From: Planctomycetota bacterium
GTDB taxonomy: Bacteria > Planctomycetota > B15-G4 > SIAN01
DNA length: 64,000 bases
Reading direction: 5' to 3'
Assembly (NCBI GenBank): GCA_031409275.1
Contig: JANNXA010000055.1
Coordinates: 160,001-224,000 of the forward strand
The notes below the pieces were generated by a model, which was not told where the DNA came from, made no database searches, and saw only the letters and a list, made by a program, of their open reading frames with translations. The translations under genes were made by a program, and so were the position numbers. Positions within the stretch are counted from its first letter, which is position 1. Each line of letters starts with the position of its first letter. This document shows, piece by piece, positions 56,659 through 64,000 of this stretch.

Positions 56659-59096
56659 CGCGCGCCCTCGCCATCGATCGCGGCGTCCTCGGACGGCGAA
56701 CTCGACGGATCGAGGGGCGCCTCGTCGTCGCCACTCTCCTCACCCTCTGGCACCTTCTCGTCGATGCCGGCCGCGGCCGCCGCCATGCGAATGGCGGCTG
56801 CTTCGGAATCGCTGCGCCGCGCGATCGCCGAGACCTCGGCGAACGCGGGGTCCTGCAGAAGTTCGAGCAGGAACGGGCCACAGGCGTCGCCGCCGTGCAT
56901 CCCCGTACGCTCGACGAAAAGGGCGAAGGCGTAGCGCGGCGCCTGGCTCGGGAAGAAGCCGACCAGCCACGAGTGCGACAAGGGGCTGCCCGCCTGCTGG
57001 GGCGTACCGGTCTTGGTGGCGAGATCCCAACCGGTCAGGTCGTAGCCGTGCGGCGGGCCCGCCGTGCCGCCCGGCATGGTCACGCCGCGCATCGCTTCGA
57101 CGACGGTCGCCCAGGCGGCGGGGCTGATCGGCAGCGGCTCGATGGCGGGACGGGACGGCACCTCCTCGCCGATACGCGCGATCAACGTCGGTGGCTGGTA
57201 GCCGCGCATCGCCAGCGCCCCGATCGCCGCCGCCATCTGCAGCGGCGTCGCGTCGACCTTGCCCTGTCCCAGCCCAAGCAGCATCAGGTTGCGCCCGCCG
57301 TTCTCGCGCGCCGCGTTGCCCGCCGCCTCGCTGCCCAGACCGCGGATGCGGGTGCCGTCGACGAGCTCCGCCGAGGTGAAGCCGGTCTTGCGCCCCAGTC
57401 CGACCGACTGGTACCAGCCGATCATCCGCTCCGAACCGCATGCCGCCGCCGTACGCGCGAAGTAGTGGTTGCACGACTTCACCAGCGCGTCATGAACATC
57501 GATCGCGTCATGACGCCCTTCGCACAGCACCGGCCTGCTCTCGCCTGCGGCTCGCAGCTGGTCCTTGTCGCATTCGAGCAGCGTCCCGGGTCCGATCTTG
57601 CCCGCGGTCAGCGCGAACGCGGCGACCAGCGGTTTCACCGCCGAGCCCGGCGGCGCCGGAAAACACGGCTTCCACGCACGCGGATGGAGCGGCCGCAACT
57701 TCGTGTCGGCGACGAGTCGATCCCACTCCTCGGCGAGCTCGACGCGCGCAAGCGCTGGACACGACGCCAGCACGCGCACCTCCATCGACGGCAATTCCAG
57801 CAGCACGAACGCGGCTGGATGGAAGCGGCGCACCGGATCGCCCTCCTTGGCGACGCCGCGCCGCAGGATCTGCTCCGCGGCCTGCTGCAGCTTCGCGTCG
57901 AGCGTCAGCATCAGCTCCGCGCCAGCGCGCGGCGGCACCACTTCGAGCTCGCGCTCGATGCGACCGGAACGGTCATTCTCCGTCCGTCGATAACCACGCC
58001 GTCCGCGCAACTGCGACTCGTAGGCCGCCTCGAGCCCGTCCTTGCCGATCTCGTCGTCGGGCGTGATCGCGTCGAGTCGCAGCCGCTCGTCGAGCTCCGC
58101 CATGCGCTGCGACTGCTCGAGCGTGGGGAACGGCTCGAGCGCAAGGAGACTGCGCTCGTCGCGATCGTTCTCGTACGCGGCGATCGCCGCCGGCGAAGGT
58201 GGTCCGACCCGGCCGATCAGATCGGCGCAGACATCCTGCTCGGGTGGATAGACGCGGCGCACCTCCTCGCGCACGACGACGCCCGGCAGCCGCGCCGGAT
58301 CGGCGGCGAGGTCGACCGCCAGCGCGTGGGGAATGCGCTCGAAGAGCTTCGCGTCGCGATAGTCGAACTCGCGGTGCATCTCGCGTTCGCGCTCGTAGGG
58401 CCGCGCAGTCGGCGGCTCGTCCGCAAGCGAGCGCAGCACGCGCGCGTCGGTGGCACGGATCGCTTCGTCGATCCGATCCACGAGCGGCGGTTCCGCGGCC
58501 TCGATCCGGAGCGCGCGGCCGAGCGCCGCGAGCGTGATCGCTTCCTGACGCACGCGCTCGAAGATCGCGGCACGCTCCTCCACGAGACGCGGAAACGCCA
58601 GCGCTTGGGGTTCGCCACGGCGCAAGCGCTCGAGGCCCTCCTTGATCGACTCCTCGCCGACCAGCCAGGTCGCGTAGTAGAGGAGATCTTCACGACGTTG
58701 ACCGGGCTCGATCGCCGCGAGTTCGCCGACGCGAAGGGCTGCCAACTCGTCGAGGAAGGGCTGCGGGCGCTCCAGCACCTCCGCCACATCGCGCCGCTCT
58801 CCGGTCAGCAGATAGCGCGCGAGCAGGAGCTGGCCGCTGGCGGCGCCGCGACGGAAACCGGCGAAGACGAACGCGAGGTTCCAGGTCGTGCGATGGCTGG
58901 CGAGCGGGCGACCGGCGCAATCGACGATGGCGCCGCGACGAAAGCCGATCGCCTGCGCGCGCGTGCGCGCCTTGATCGCCTCGGTGTCCCAGAATTCGCG
59001 CTGGGAGAATTGCAACGTGGCGAGGCGCGCGACGATCGCAGCCGCGACGCCGACGAAGACGAGCCCGACCTGGAGCAAGCGCGAGCCGCCGCCCAT
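56655..59096 (-). CDS. mrdA: Class B penicillin-binding protein PBP2
   Basis: N-terminal TM, RRGAIVD, RVYP, IGKDGLEAAYE..LRG, LTLD..LQ, SAVK (SxxK), SCN (SxN), KTGT; lies between mreD and rodA. Confidence 0.92.
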   Translation of the reverse strand: MGGGSRLLQVGLVFVGVAAAIVARLATLQFSQREFWDTEAIKARTRAQAIGFRRGAIVDCAGRPLASHRTTWNLAFVFAGFRRGAASGQLLLARYLLTGERRDVAEVLERPQPFLDELAALRVGELAAIEPGQRREDLLYYATWLVGEESIKEGLERLRRGEPQALAFPRLVEERAAIFERVRQEAITLAALGRALRIEAAEPPLVDRIDEAIRATDARVLRSLADEPPTARPYEREREMHREFDYRDAKLFERIPHALAVDLAADPARLPGVVVREEVRRVYPPEQDVCADLIGRVGPPSPAAIAAYENDRDERSLLALEPFPTLEQSQRMAELDERLRLDAITPDDEIGKDGLEAAYESQLRGRRGYRRTENDRSGRIERELEVVPPRAGAELMLTLDAKLQQAAEQILRRGVAKEGDPVRRFHPAAFVLLELPSMEVRVLASCPALARVELAEEWDRLVADTKLRPLHPRAWKPCFPAPPGSAVKPLVAAFALTAGKIGPGTLLECDKDQLRAAGESRPVLCEGRHDAIDVHDALVKSCNHYFARTAAACGSERMIGWYQSVGLGRKTGFTSAELVDGTRIRGLGSEAAGNAARENGGRNLMLLGLGQGKVDATPLQMAAAIGALAMRGYQPPTLIARIGEEVPSRPAIEPLPISPAAWATVVEAMRGVTMPGGTAGPPHGYDLTGWDLATKTGTPQQAGSPLSHSWLVGFFPSQAPRYAFALFVERTGMHGGDACGPFLLELLQDPAFAEVSAIARRSDSEAAAIRMAAAAAGIDEKVPEGEESGDDEAPLDPSSSPSEDAAIDGEGAR

Positions 59097-59144
59097 CCCC
59101 CGCCATTCCTTCGCGCGCCGCCGTTTCGAGAGCGATCCGGTGCG

Positions 59145-59663
59145 CTACGCCGACGAGCGCCCCGACCTTGCCCGCCATGCCGCGAGAGTCGCGACGAGCT
59201 TGCGCCACCCGCTCGCCCCACCATCGCCGGCGCGCGCGAGTATCGGCAGCAGCAGCCCGGCCAGCAACGGCGCGTTCCACGACGCGGCGCTCCACGGCAG
59301 CGCAGCGGCGAGGTCGAACCACGCGAACAGTTCGCGCGCACAGCGCAGCAAGGTCGCCGCGGCGGCCGCAAAGAGGAAACGGGTCAGCGCGCTTTCGACG
59401 AAGACCACTTCGCGCATCGGCACCAGCACCAGCGCGGCGATGCCGCCGCCAAGCAGCAGCGCGCCGATCGGATCGGCGCTGAACGTGGAGAATCCGAGCA
59501 GAAGCCCGATCACGAGGCCCGCGGCGCGACGATCGGGCGCGCGCAACAGGACCGCGCCGATGGCGACGCCGAGCAGGTCGGGGGCGACATCGATGTGAGC
59601 ACGCCACGCGCCCTCCAGGACGCCCAGCAGGAGCCCGATGGCGAGTCCGATCGGCAGGCTCAC
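59145..59663 (-). CDS. mreD: MreD-like membrane protein
   Basis: About 5 hydrophobic segments, APDLL motif, position between mreC and mrdA, GTGA overlap. Assigned mainly by synteny. Confidence 0.7.
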   Translation of the reverse strand: MSLPIGLAIGLLLGVLEGAWRAHIDVAPDLLGVAIGAVLLRAPDRRAAGLVIGLLLGFSTFSADPIGALLLGGGIAALVLVPMREVVFVESALTRFLFAAAAATLLRCARELFAWFDLAAALPWSAASWNAPLLAGLLLPILARAGDGGASGWRKLVATLAAWRARSGRSSA

Positions 59664-60922
59664 GGCGCTGCGCTCCACGCGCCAGCCGGTCGCCAAGCGA
59701 CGACGCGACCCACCGGCTCGGGCGTCGCGACCAGCTCGCAACGGCCATTCTTCTCCGTCAGCGCGCCGATCAGCAGTCCCTCCGGGGTGCCGTCCGCGCT
59801 TGCCGCGGTCACGACGAGCGCCCCCTCCCACGCGAGCCCGACCGGCGGACGCACTTCGATGGTGCTCCCGTGCGCCCGCACGACTTCGAGTTCGAAGGCC
59901 AGGACCGTGCCCTCGACCAGGGCGAGCGCACGCTGGCGGAATCCGGGGTCGCGCACCGTCTGCACCAGCGCGTGGCCGAAGCCGGCGCGGACGACGCGGC
60001 CGAGCAGGTACCCCTCGCTCGCGACGGCGCTCCCCGGAACGATGCCCTGCTCGCGGCCGTCGCAAAGGCGTGCGAACGCGCGGCGCGAGTCGACGACGGA
60101 GTGGGCGAGCAGCTCGCTCGCGCAGGGATAGAGGTCGGTGTCGCTCGGGAGCGGAAGTCCCGGCGGAAAGCGGATCGCCACTTCGGCCAGCCGCTCGAGC
60201 GGACGCAGCGGCTCGATCCGCCACTCCTCCCGTTCGGCCCCCTCGGGCAGGTCACCGCGCACGAGCCGACCCAGCACCGCGGCGTCGATCACGCGATTGG
60301 CGGCGCCGCCGCGCGGACTAGGCGGATCGAGGGCGAAGGCGAAATCGCCTTCATGCAGCTCGACGCCGCCGTCGGCGTACGCCACTCGCAGCGCCGTGCT
60401 GCCATCCCCGAGCGCCAGGAAGCGCGCTTCACGTCGCCCGGGTGCACCGGCGCACGCCGACAGGCGGGTGCCCGACTTCGTCACCCGCTCGAGGCGAATG
60501 CTCCCGTTGGAACGAGCCGCCGTGAAGCCGACCAGCTGCTCGCCGTAGAAGGCGGGTTCGCCGGGTGCGACTGCGGCCGGCGGCATCAACGTCAGTTCGA
60601 GGCCGTCCGCCGTGCCGAGAGGGACGACGCCGAAGCGCCCGTCGCGTTGCCACCCGCGAGCCTTGGGTGGCAGCACGCTCTGGCGCAGCGACGCGAGCAG
60701 CTCGGCGACGCGCGGGTCGGCGGCCGCTGCGGGCGGAGTGGAATCAGCGGCGCGGGCGGATCGCCGCGCCGGCTGCACGAGTCCGCGCAACGTCCACGTC
60801 AGCTCCTCGGCGAGCTCGTGCGCGCGCTGGATCGCCGGAATCGGCAAGAGTCCGCTGATCCCGACGAGGACGAGGATCGCCGGCCAACGCTTCGGAGCCG
60901 GCTCCTGCAAGCCGTCCGCCAT
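59660..60922 (-). CDS. mreC: MreC-like protein with apparently duplicated periplasmic domain
   Basis: TM, then GREQGIVPGSAVASEGYLLGRVV...VQTVRDP and VVT....GTPEGLLIG (MreC-like); directly downstream of mreB. Confidence 0.78.
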   Translation of the reverse strand: MADGLQEPAPKRWPAILVLVGISGLLPIPAIQRAHELAEELTWTLRGLVQPARRSARAADSTPPAAAADPRVAELLASLRQSVLPPKARGWQRDGRFGVVPLGTADGLELTLMPPAAVAPGEPAFYGEQLVGFTAARSNGSIRLERVTKSGTRLSACAGAPGRREARFLALGDGSTALRVAYADGGVELHEGDFAFALDPPSPRGGAANRVIDAAVLGRLVRGDLPEGAEREEWRIEPLRPLERLAEVAIRFPPGLPLPSDTDLYPCASELLAHSVVDSRRAFARLCDGREQGIVPGSAVASEGYLLGRVVRAGFGHALVQTVRDPGFRQRALALVEGTVLAFELEVVRAHGSTIEVRPPVGLAWEGALVVTAASADGTPEGLLIGALTEKNGRCELVATPEPVGRVVAWRPAGAWSAAP

Positions 60923-60949
60923 GGTCGCCTCTCTGCGCGCCGACTGTCG

Positions 60950-62017
60950 TCAGCTGTCGTCGCCGCTCGGAAGCACCTGGCTGTAGAGGTGGAGCTGGCT
61001 CAGGAACTCGAAAGTGCCGCGGGCAACGCAAGTCAGCGGGTCCGGAGCGATGCGCACGGGAAGCTGGACCGCGTCCTGGATCGCGACGTCCATCTTGCGC
61101 AGCAGGGCACCACCGCCGGCGAGCGTGATGCCGGTTCGAACCAGGTCGGCCGACAACTCCGGCGGCGTCTTCTCGAGCGTCCGGCGAACGGCCGCGACGA
61201 TCTGCTTCACGGGCTCGGAGAGGGCGACGCGAATCTCTTCGGACCGCACCATCGTGCGGCGCGGCAACCCAGAAATGGTGTCGCGGCCCGCGACCTCCAT
61301 CTCCATTTCCTGCTCGAGCGCTGCCGCGCTGCCGATCTCGAGCTTCACGCGCTCGGCGGTCGGCTCGCCGATCATCAGATTGTGCTCGCGCCGCATGTAC
61401 TCGCAGATCGAGGCGTCGAACTCATCGCCTGCGACGCGGATCGACTCGGCATGCACGAGACCGAACAACGAGATCACGGCAACCTCGGTCGTGCCGCCAC
61501 CGATGTCGACGATCATGCTGGCGACGGGCTCGGCGATCGGCAGGCCCGCGCCAATGCCGGCCGCGATCGGCTCCTCGACCAGGTAGACCTTGCGAGCGCC
61601 GGCACGCTCCGCCGAGTTGATGACGGCGCGCCGCTCGACCGCCGTGATGCCCGACGGGATCGACACGACGATGCGCGGGCGCACGAACGAACGCCCCTTG
61701 TGCACCTTGCGGATGAAGTACCGCAGCATCTTCTCGGTGATCTCGAAGTCGGCGATCACGCCGTTGCGCAGCGGTCGGATCGCCTCGATGTTGCCCGGCG
61801 TCTTGCCGAGCATCTCTTTGGCGGCGAGTCCCACGGCGTTGCCGTCGAGGAGCACCTCGTTGGTGCCCTTCTTCACCGCGACGACGCTCGGCTCCGAAAT
61901 CACGATTCCGTGGTCCTTGATGCAGACCAACGTGTTCGCGGTTCCGAGGTCGATTCCCATGTCGTGCGAGAAGCGTCCAATCAACCACTCGATCGGCCGC
62001 AAGAAAGCTTGGCTCAT
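60950..62017 (-). CDS. mreB: Rod shape-determining actin MreB
   Basis: Amphipathic N-terminus, MGIDLGTANT, EPSVVA, RPLRNGVIADF, GITAVERRA, VDIGGGTTEVA, AGGGALL. Confidence 0.97.
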   Translation of the reverse strand: MSQAFLRPIEWLIGRFSHDMGIDLGTANTLVCIKDHGIVISEPSVVAVKKGTNEVLLDGNAVGLAAKEMLGKTPGNIEAIRPLRNGVIADFEITEKMLRYFIRKVHKGRSFVRPRIVVSIPSGITAVERRAVINSAERAGARKVYLVEEPIAAGIGAGLPIAEPVASMIVDIGGGTTEVAVISLFGLVHAESIRVAGDEFDASICEYMRREHNLMIGEPTAERVKLEIGSAAALEQEMEMEVAGRDTISGLPRRTMVRSEEIRVALSEPVKQIVAAVRRTLEKTPPELSADLVRTGITLAGGGALLRKMDVAIQDAVQLPVRIAPDPLTCVARGTFEFLSQLHLYSQVLPSGDDS

Positions 62018-62233
62018 GGACCTACCGCCATCCCTTCGCGCGCGGGGCAATTCCCCGCATTCCCGCCGGCTCTCACCGTCCGATAACGAAGCGGGCCGCC
62101 GTCCCTGAGGACCGCGGCCCGCGCAAGTCACATGCTTGTTTCGGGTGCCGCCGGCCCAGTACGGCCGGCATTCAAGCGCCCAGACCCACCATCGAATAGG
62201 GCCAGGAAAGCCCGACTTCGCGACCCGTCACCG

Positions 62234-62419
62234 TCAGACGAAGAGTCCGGTCCCGAAGTACTTCTTCATCGCGAGCTGCGCGAGGATGACCCCCACCAGC
62301 AGCGCGGCGAAGGTGACGAAGGCCAACCCCCCGGTGAGATCCATCTCCTTCGGAGCCGTAGGCTCCGATTGGAGGTCGTTCTGCTCTTCCATCTTCGCGG
62401 CCGACGTGCGCTTGGCCAT
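62234..62419 (-). CDS. Small single-TM protein (61 aa)
   Basis: GGAG upstream; charged N-terminus, then LAFVTFAALLVGVILAQL. Confidence 0.7.
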   Translation of the reverse strand: MAKRTSAAKMEEQNDLQSEPTAPKEMDLTGGLAFVTFAALLVGVILAQLAMKKYFGTGLFV

Positions 62420-62484
62420 GTCAGGCGTCTCCGGTCAATCGAGTGCAGGAGTGGTTTCGATCCGGTGGACAGCAACCGGTCGGC

Positions 62485-63336
62485 TCAGAGCCGGGTGGTC
62501 GCCGTGTCCATGGCCTGGAACTCGAGGCCGCCCTTGTTCTTCATCTGGACGCGGGCCGTCGAGGTGTCCGGAAGGACGTTCTCGACCACGACGCGACCGA
62601 TGTAGCTGTTGCCGCGGTAGACGTCGAAGGGGAAGCCGACCTTCACGCCCTCGTTCTCACCCACCGACAGGACGACGAACCCGGAGCCGACCGCGCTGAC
62701 CTTGCCAGCGATGGAGGGGACCGCGTTGCCGACCAGGGCGCCGATGTCGACGCCGGCAGCCACGAGCGCGGCGCGCTCCGCCTGGAGGTTGCCGATCTCG
62801 TCGCCCTGCTTGGCAAGCTGCATTTCCTTCGCCGCGATGTCCTCGTTGGCGCGCTTCAGATCCCCCTCGAGGCGGGCGCGATCATCCTGCGCGTTCAGCT
62901 TGTCCTGCTCCGCCTTCGCGGTCGTCGCACGGTGCTGATCGTTGGAGTCCATCAGCGCCTTGTTGCGCGCCTCGACATCCGAGAGCTGGGTTTCGACGAC
63001 CTTCAGCGACGCGGCGTTCGCGTCGACCGAGTTGCGCAGCTGGTTGTTGTCGTTGCGCAGCTGATCGACCGAGGCATTCGCCGTCGCGAGCTCGGCACTG
63101 CGATCGGCCAACTGGTTGGTCAGATCGCGATTGCGCGACTCGAAGTTGTTCTTGTCAGAGACAGCAGTGTCGACGTCCTTCTGCTTCGCAGTGACGTCGT
63201 TCTGACGATCCATCTGCTCCTTCTCGAACCTGGCCTTGTAGTCCTCGCTCTTCGACAGGATCGAGCCGATCGTGCCGACCATGACGAGGGAGAAGACGAG
63301 GTTGAGGACCGTGAAGACCTTTGCGATGGTGCTCAT
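62485..63336 (-). CDS. Membrane-anchored coiled-coil protein with small C-terminal beta domain
   Basis: N-terminal TM, about 170 aa of heptad-like sequence, then GKVSAV..FVVLSVG..EGVKVG..FDVYRG.SYIGRVVV. Confidence 0.85.
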   Translation of the reverse strand: MSTIAKVFTVLNLVFSLVMVGTIGSILSKSEDYKARFEKEQMDRQNDVTAKQKDVDTAVSDKNNFESRNRDLTNQLADRSAELATANASVDQLRNDNNQLRNSVDANAASLKVVETQLSDVEARNKALMDSNDQHRATTAKAEQDKLNAQDDRARLEGDLKRANEDIAAKEMQLAKQGDEIGNLQAERAALVAAGVDIGALVGNAVPSIAGKVSAVGSGFVVLSVGENEGVKVGFPFDVYRGNSYIGRVVVENVLPDTSTARVQMKNKGGLEFQAMDTATTRL

Positions 63337-63485
63337 CAGCCTTGATTCCTCTGGCAGCGTGAGCGCGCAGGGCACCGCAGCCCAACGCGCGATCCGAGCG
63401 AGCCACTCCACGCATCTGTCAAGATGCGGGCCACGACACCCAACCCCTTTACGTCGCCAGGGTTAGAGCCGTGGAAAGGGGCGGG

Positions 63486-63513
63486 ACTATAGGGCGCCCG
63501 GAAAAGCTGTCAA
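63486..63513 (-). promoter_or_regulatory. Near-consensus sigma70 promoter TTGACA-N16-TATAGT
   Basis: Plus strand TGTCAA at 63508-63513 and ACTATA at 63486-63491, 150 bp upstream of ATG 63336. Confidence 0.75.
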
Positions 63514-63561
63514 ACAGTCTTTGCCAGGGGTCTGACAGGGCCCCGCCCCACGAGCGGCCCT

Positions 63562-64000
63562 TCAGTTCGCGGAATGTAGGGCGGTGCTCCGGCGAGGTAA
63601 CCGCGCGACGCTGCACAACAGCGCCAGCGCCACCGAAAGCCATGGCAGCCAGTCGCCGAAACGGACGTAGAGCGTGAGGCCGGTCGCGATCGGCGGCGCA
63701 ACCACGATGCTGCCGGCGAAGCCGTCGCGCCGCCCCGCCTGTTCGAGCCAGCTCGGCCGCCCCCAGGGATCGATCCAGCCGCTCGTCCCGGTGTTGGCGC
63801 AGCGCAGCAGACTGCGGCGCGCCTCGACGGCGCGCACGACCGCCATCGCGGAGTACTGGTCGAACTCGGAGCTGTCGGGGAACCACCCTTCGTTCGAAAG
63901 GTTGAGCAGGAAGTCGGCCCCCTCCGCCACCAGCGCGCGTCCGGGTGCCGGGTAGGCGATCTCGTAGCAGATGGTCAAGCCGACGCGGGTCGCAAGACCG
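63562..64000 (-). CDS. lnt: Apolipoprotein N-acyltransferase, C-terminal part (begins beyond the window)
   Basis: ICYE, NLSNEGWF, RAVE.RR..LR.ANTGTSG.IDP.G, TLYVRFGDW. Confidence 0.93.
   Translation of the reverse strand, partial: GLATRVGLTICYEIAYPAPGRALVAEGADFLLNLSNEGWFPDSSEFDQYSAMAVVRAVEARRSLLRCANTGTSGWIDPWGRPSWLEQAGRRDGFAGSIVVAPPIATGLTLYVRFGDWLPWLSVALALLCSVARLPRRSTALHSAN

Noticed and set aside
53903..56881. Apparent 992-aa AdhE-sized dehydrogenase
   Set aside because: The first half is an off-frame reading of rodA; no alcohol dehydrogenase domain is present.
1..64000. Many long overlapping ORFs (e.g. 56628-60131 +, 51407-49689 region +, 31818-33953 +, 41312-43255 +, 36484-38448 -)
   Set aside because: Antisense or shifted frames of well-supported genes; Arg/Ala/Pro-rich, no motifs, expected at this GC content.

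Overview
Very GC-rich (about 70% by eye), densely coding chromosomal segment of a diderm bacterium (lpxB, lnt, TonB system). The gene content (HEAT-repeat and carboxypeptidase-regulatory-like secreted proteins, FGE-fold protein, alpha2-type GlyRS, futalosine pathway, topoisomerase VI) suggests a Planctomycetota-like organism; this is inference. About 58 plausible CDSs. I saw no rRNA, tRNA, CRISPR array, transposase or prophage. Most long ORFs in the track are antisense or shadow frames. Housekeeping genes include recG, lipB, truB, glyQS, mqnC/E/A, clpP, ilvE, lpxB and lnt. Main points of interest: (1) a MamK-like actin (7379-8458) coupled to an unknown coiled-coil protein, with no other magnetosome gene in the window and a divergent orphan BY-kinase-like ATPase; (2) the elongasome operon mreB-mreC-mreD-mrdA-rodA runs, through an ATGA overlap, directly into a minimal Haliangium-like microcompartment module (acylating aldehyde dehydrogenase, BMC-H, two BMC-T, small Cys-rich protein) and an ECF sigma/anti-sigma pair; (3) remodelled elongasome parts (apparently duplicated MreC domain, insertions in PBP2 and RodA); (4) an archaeal-type Topo VI pair; (5) two genes that seem to need non-canonical starts (ATT, CTG). 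Family assignments come from motif recognition and memory, not database searches.
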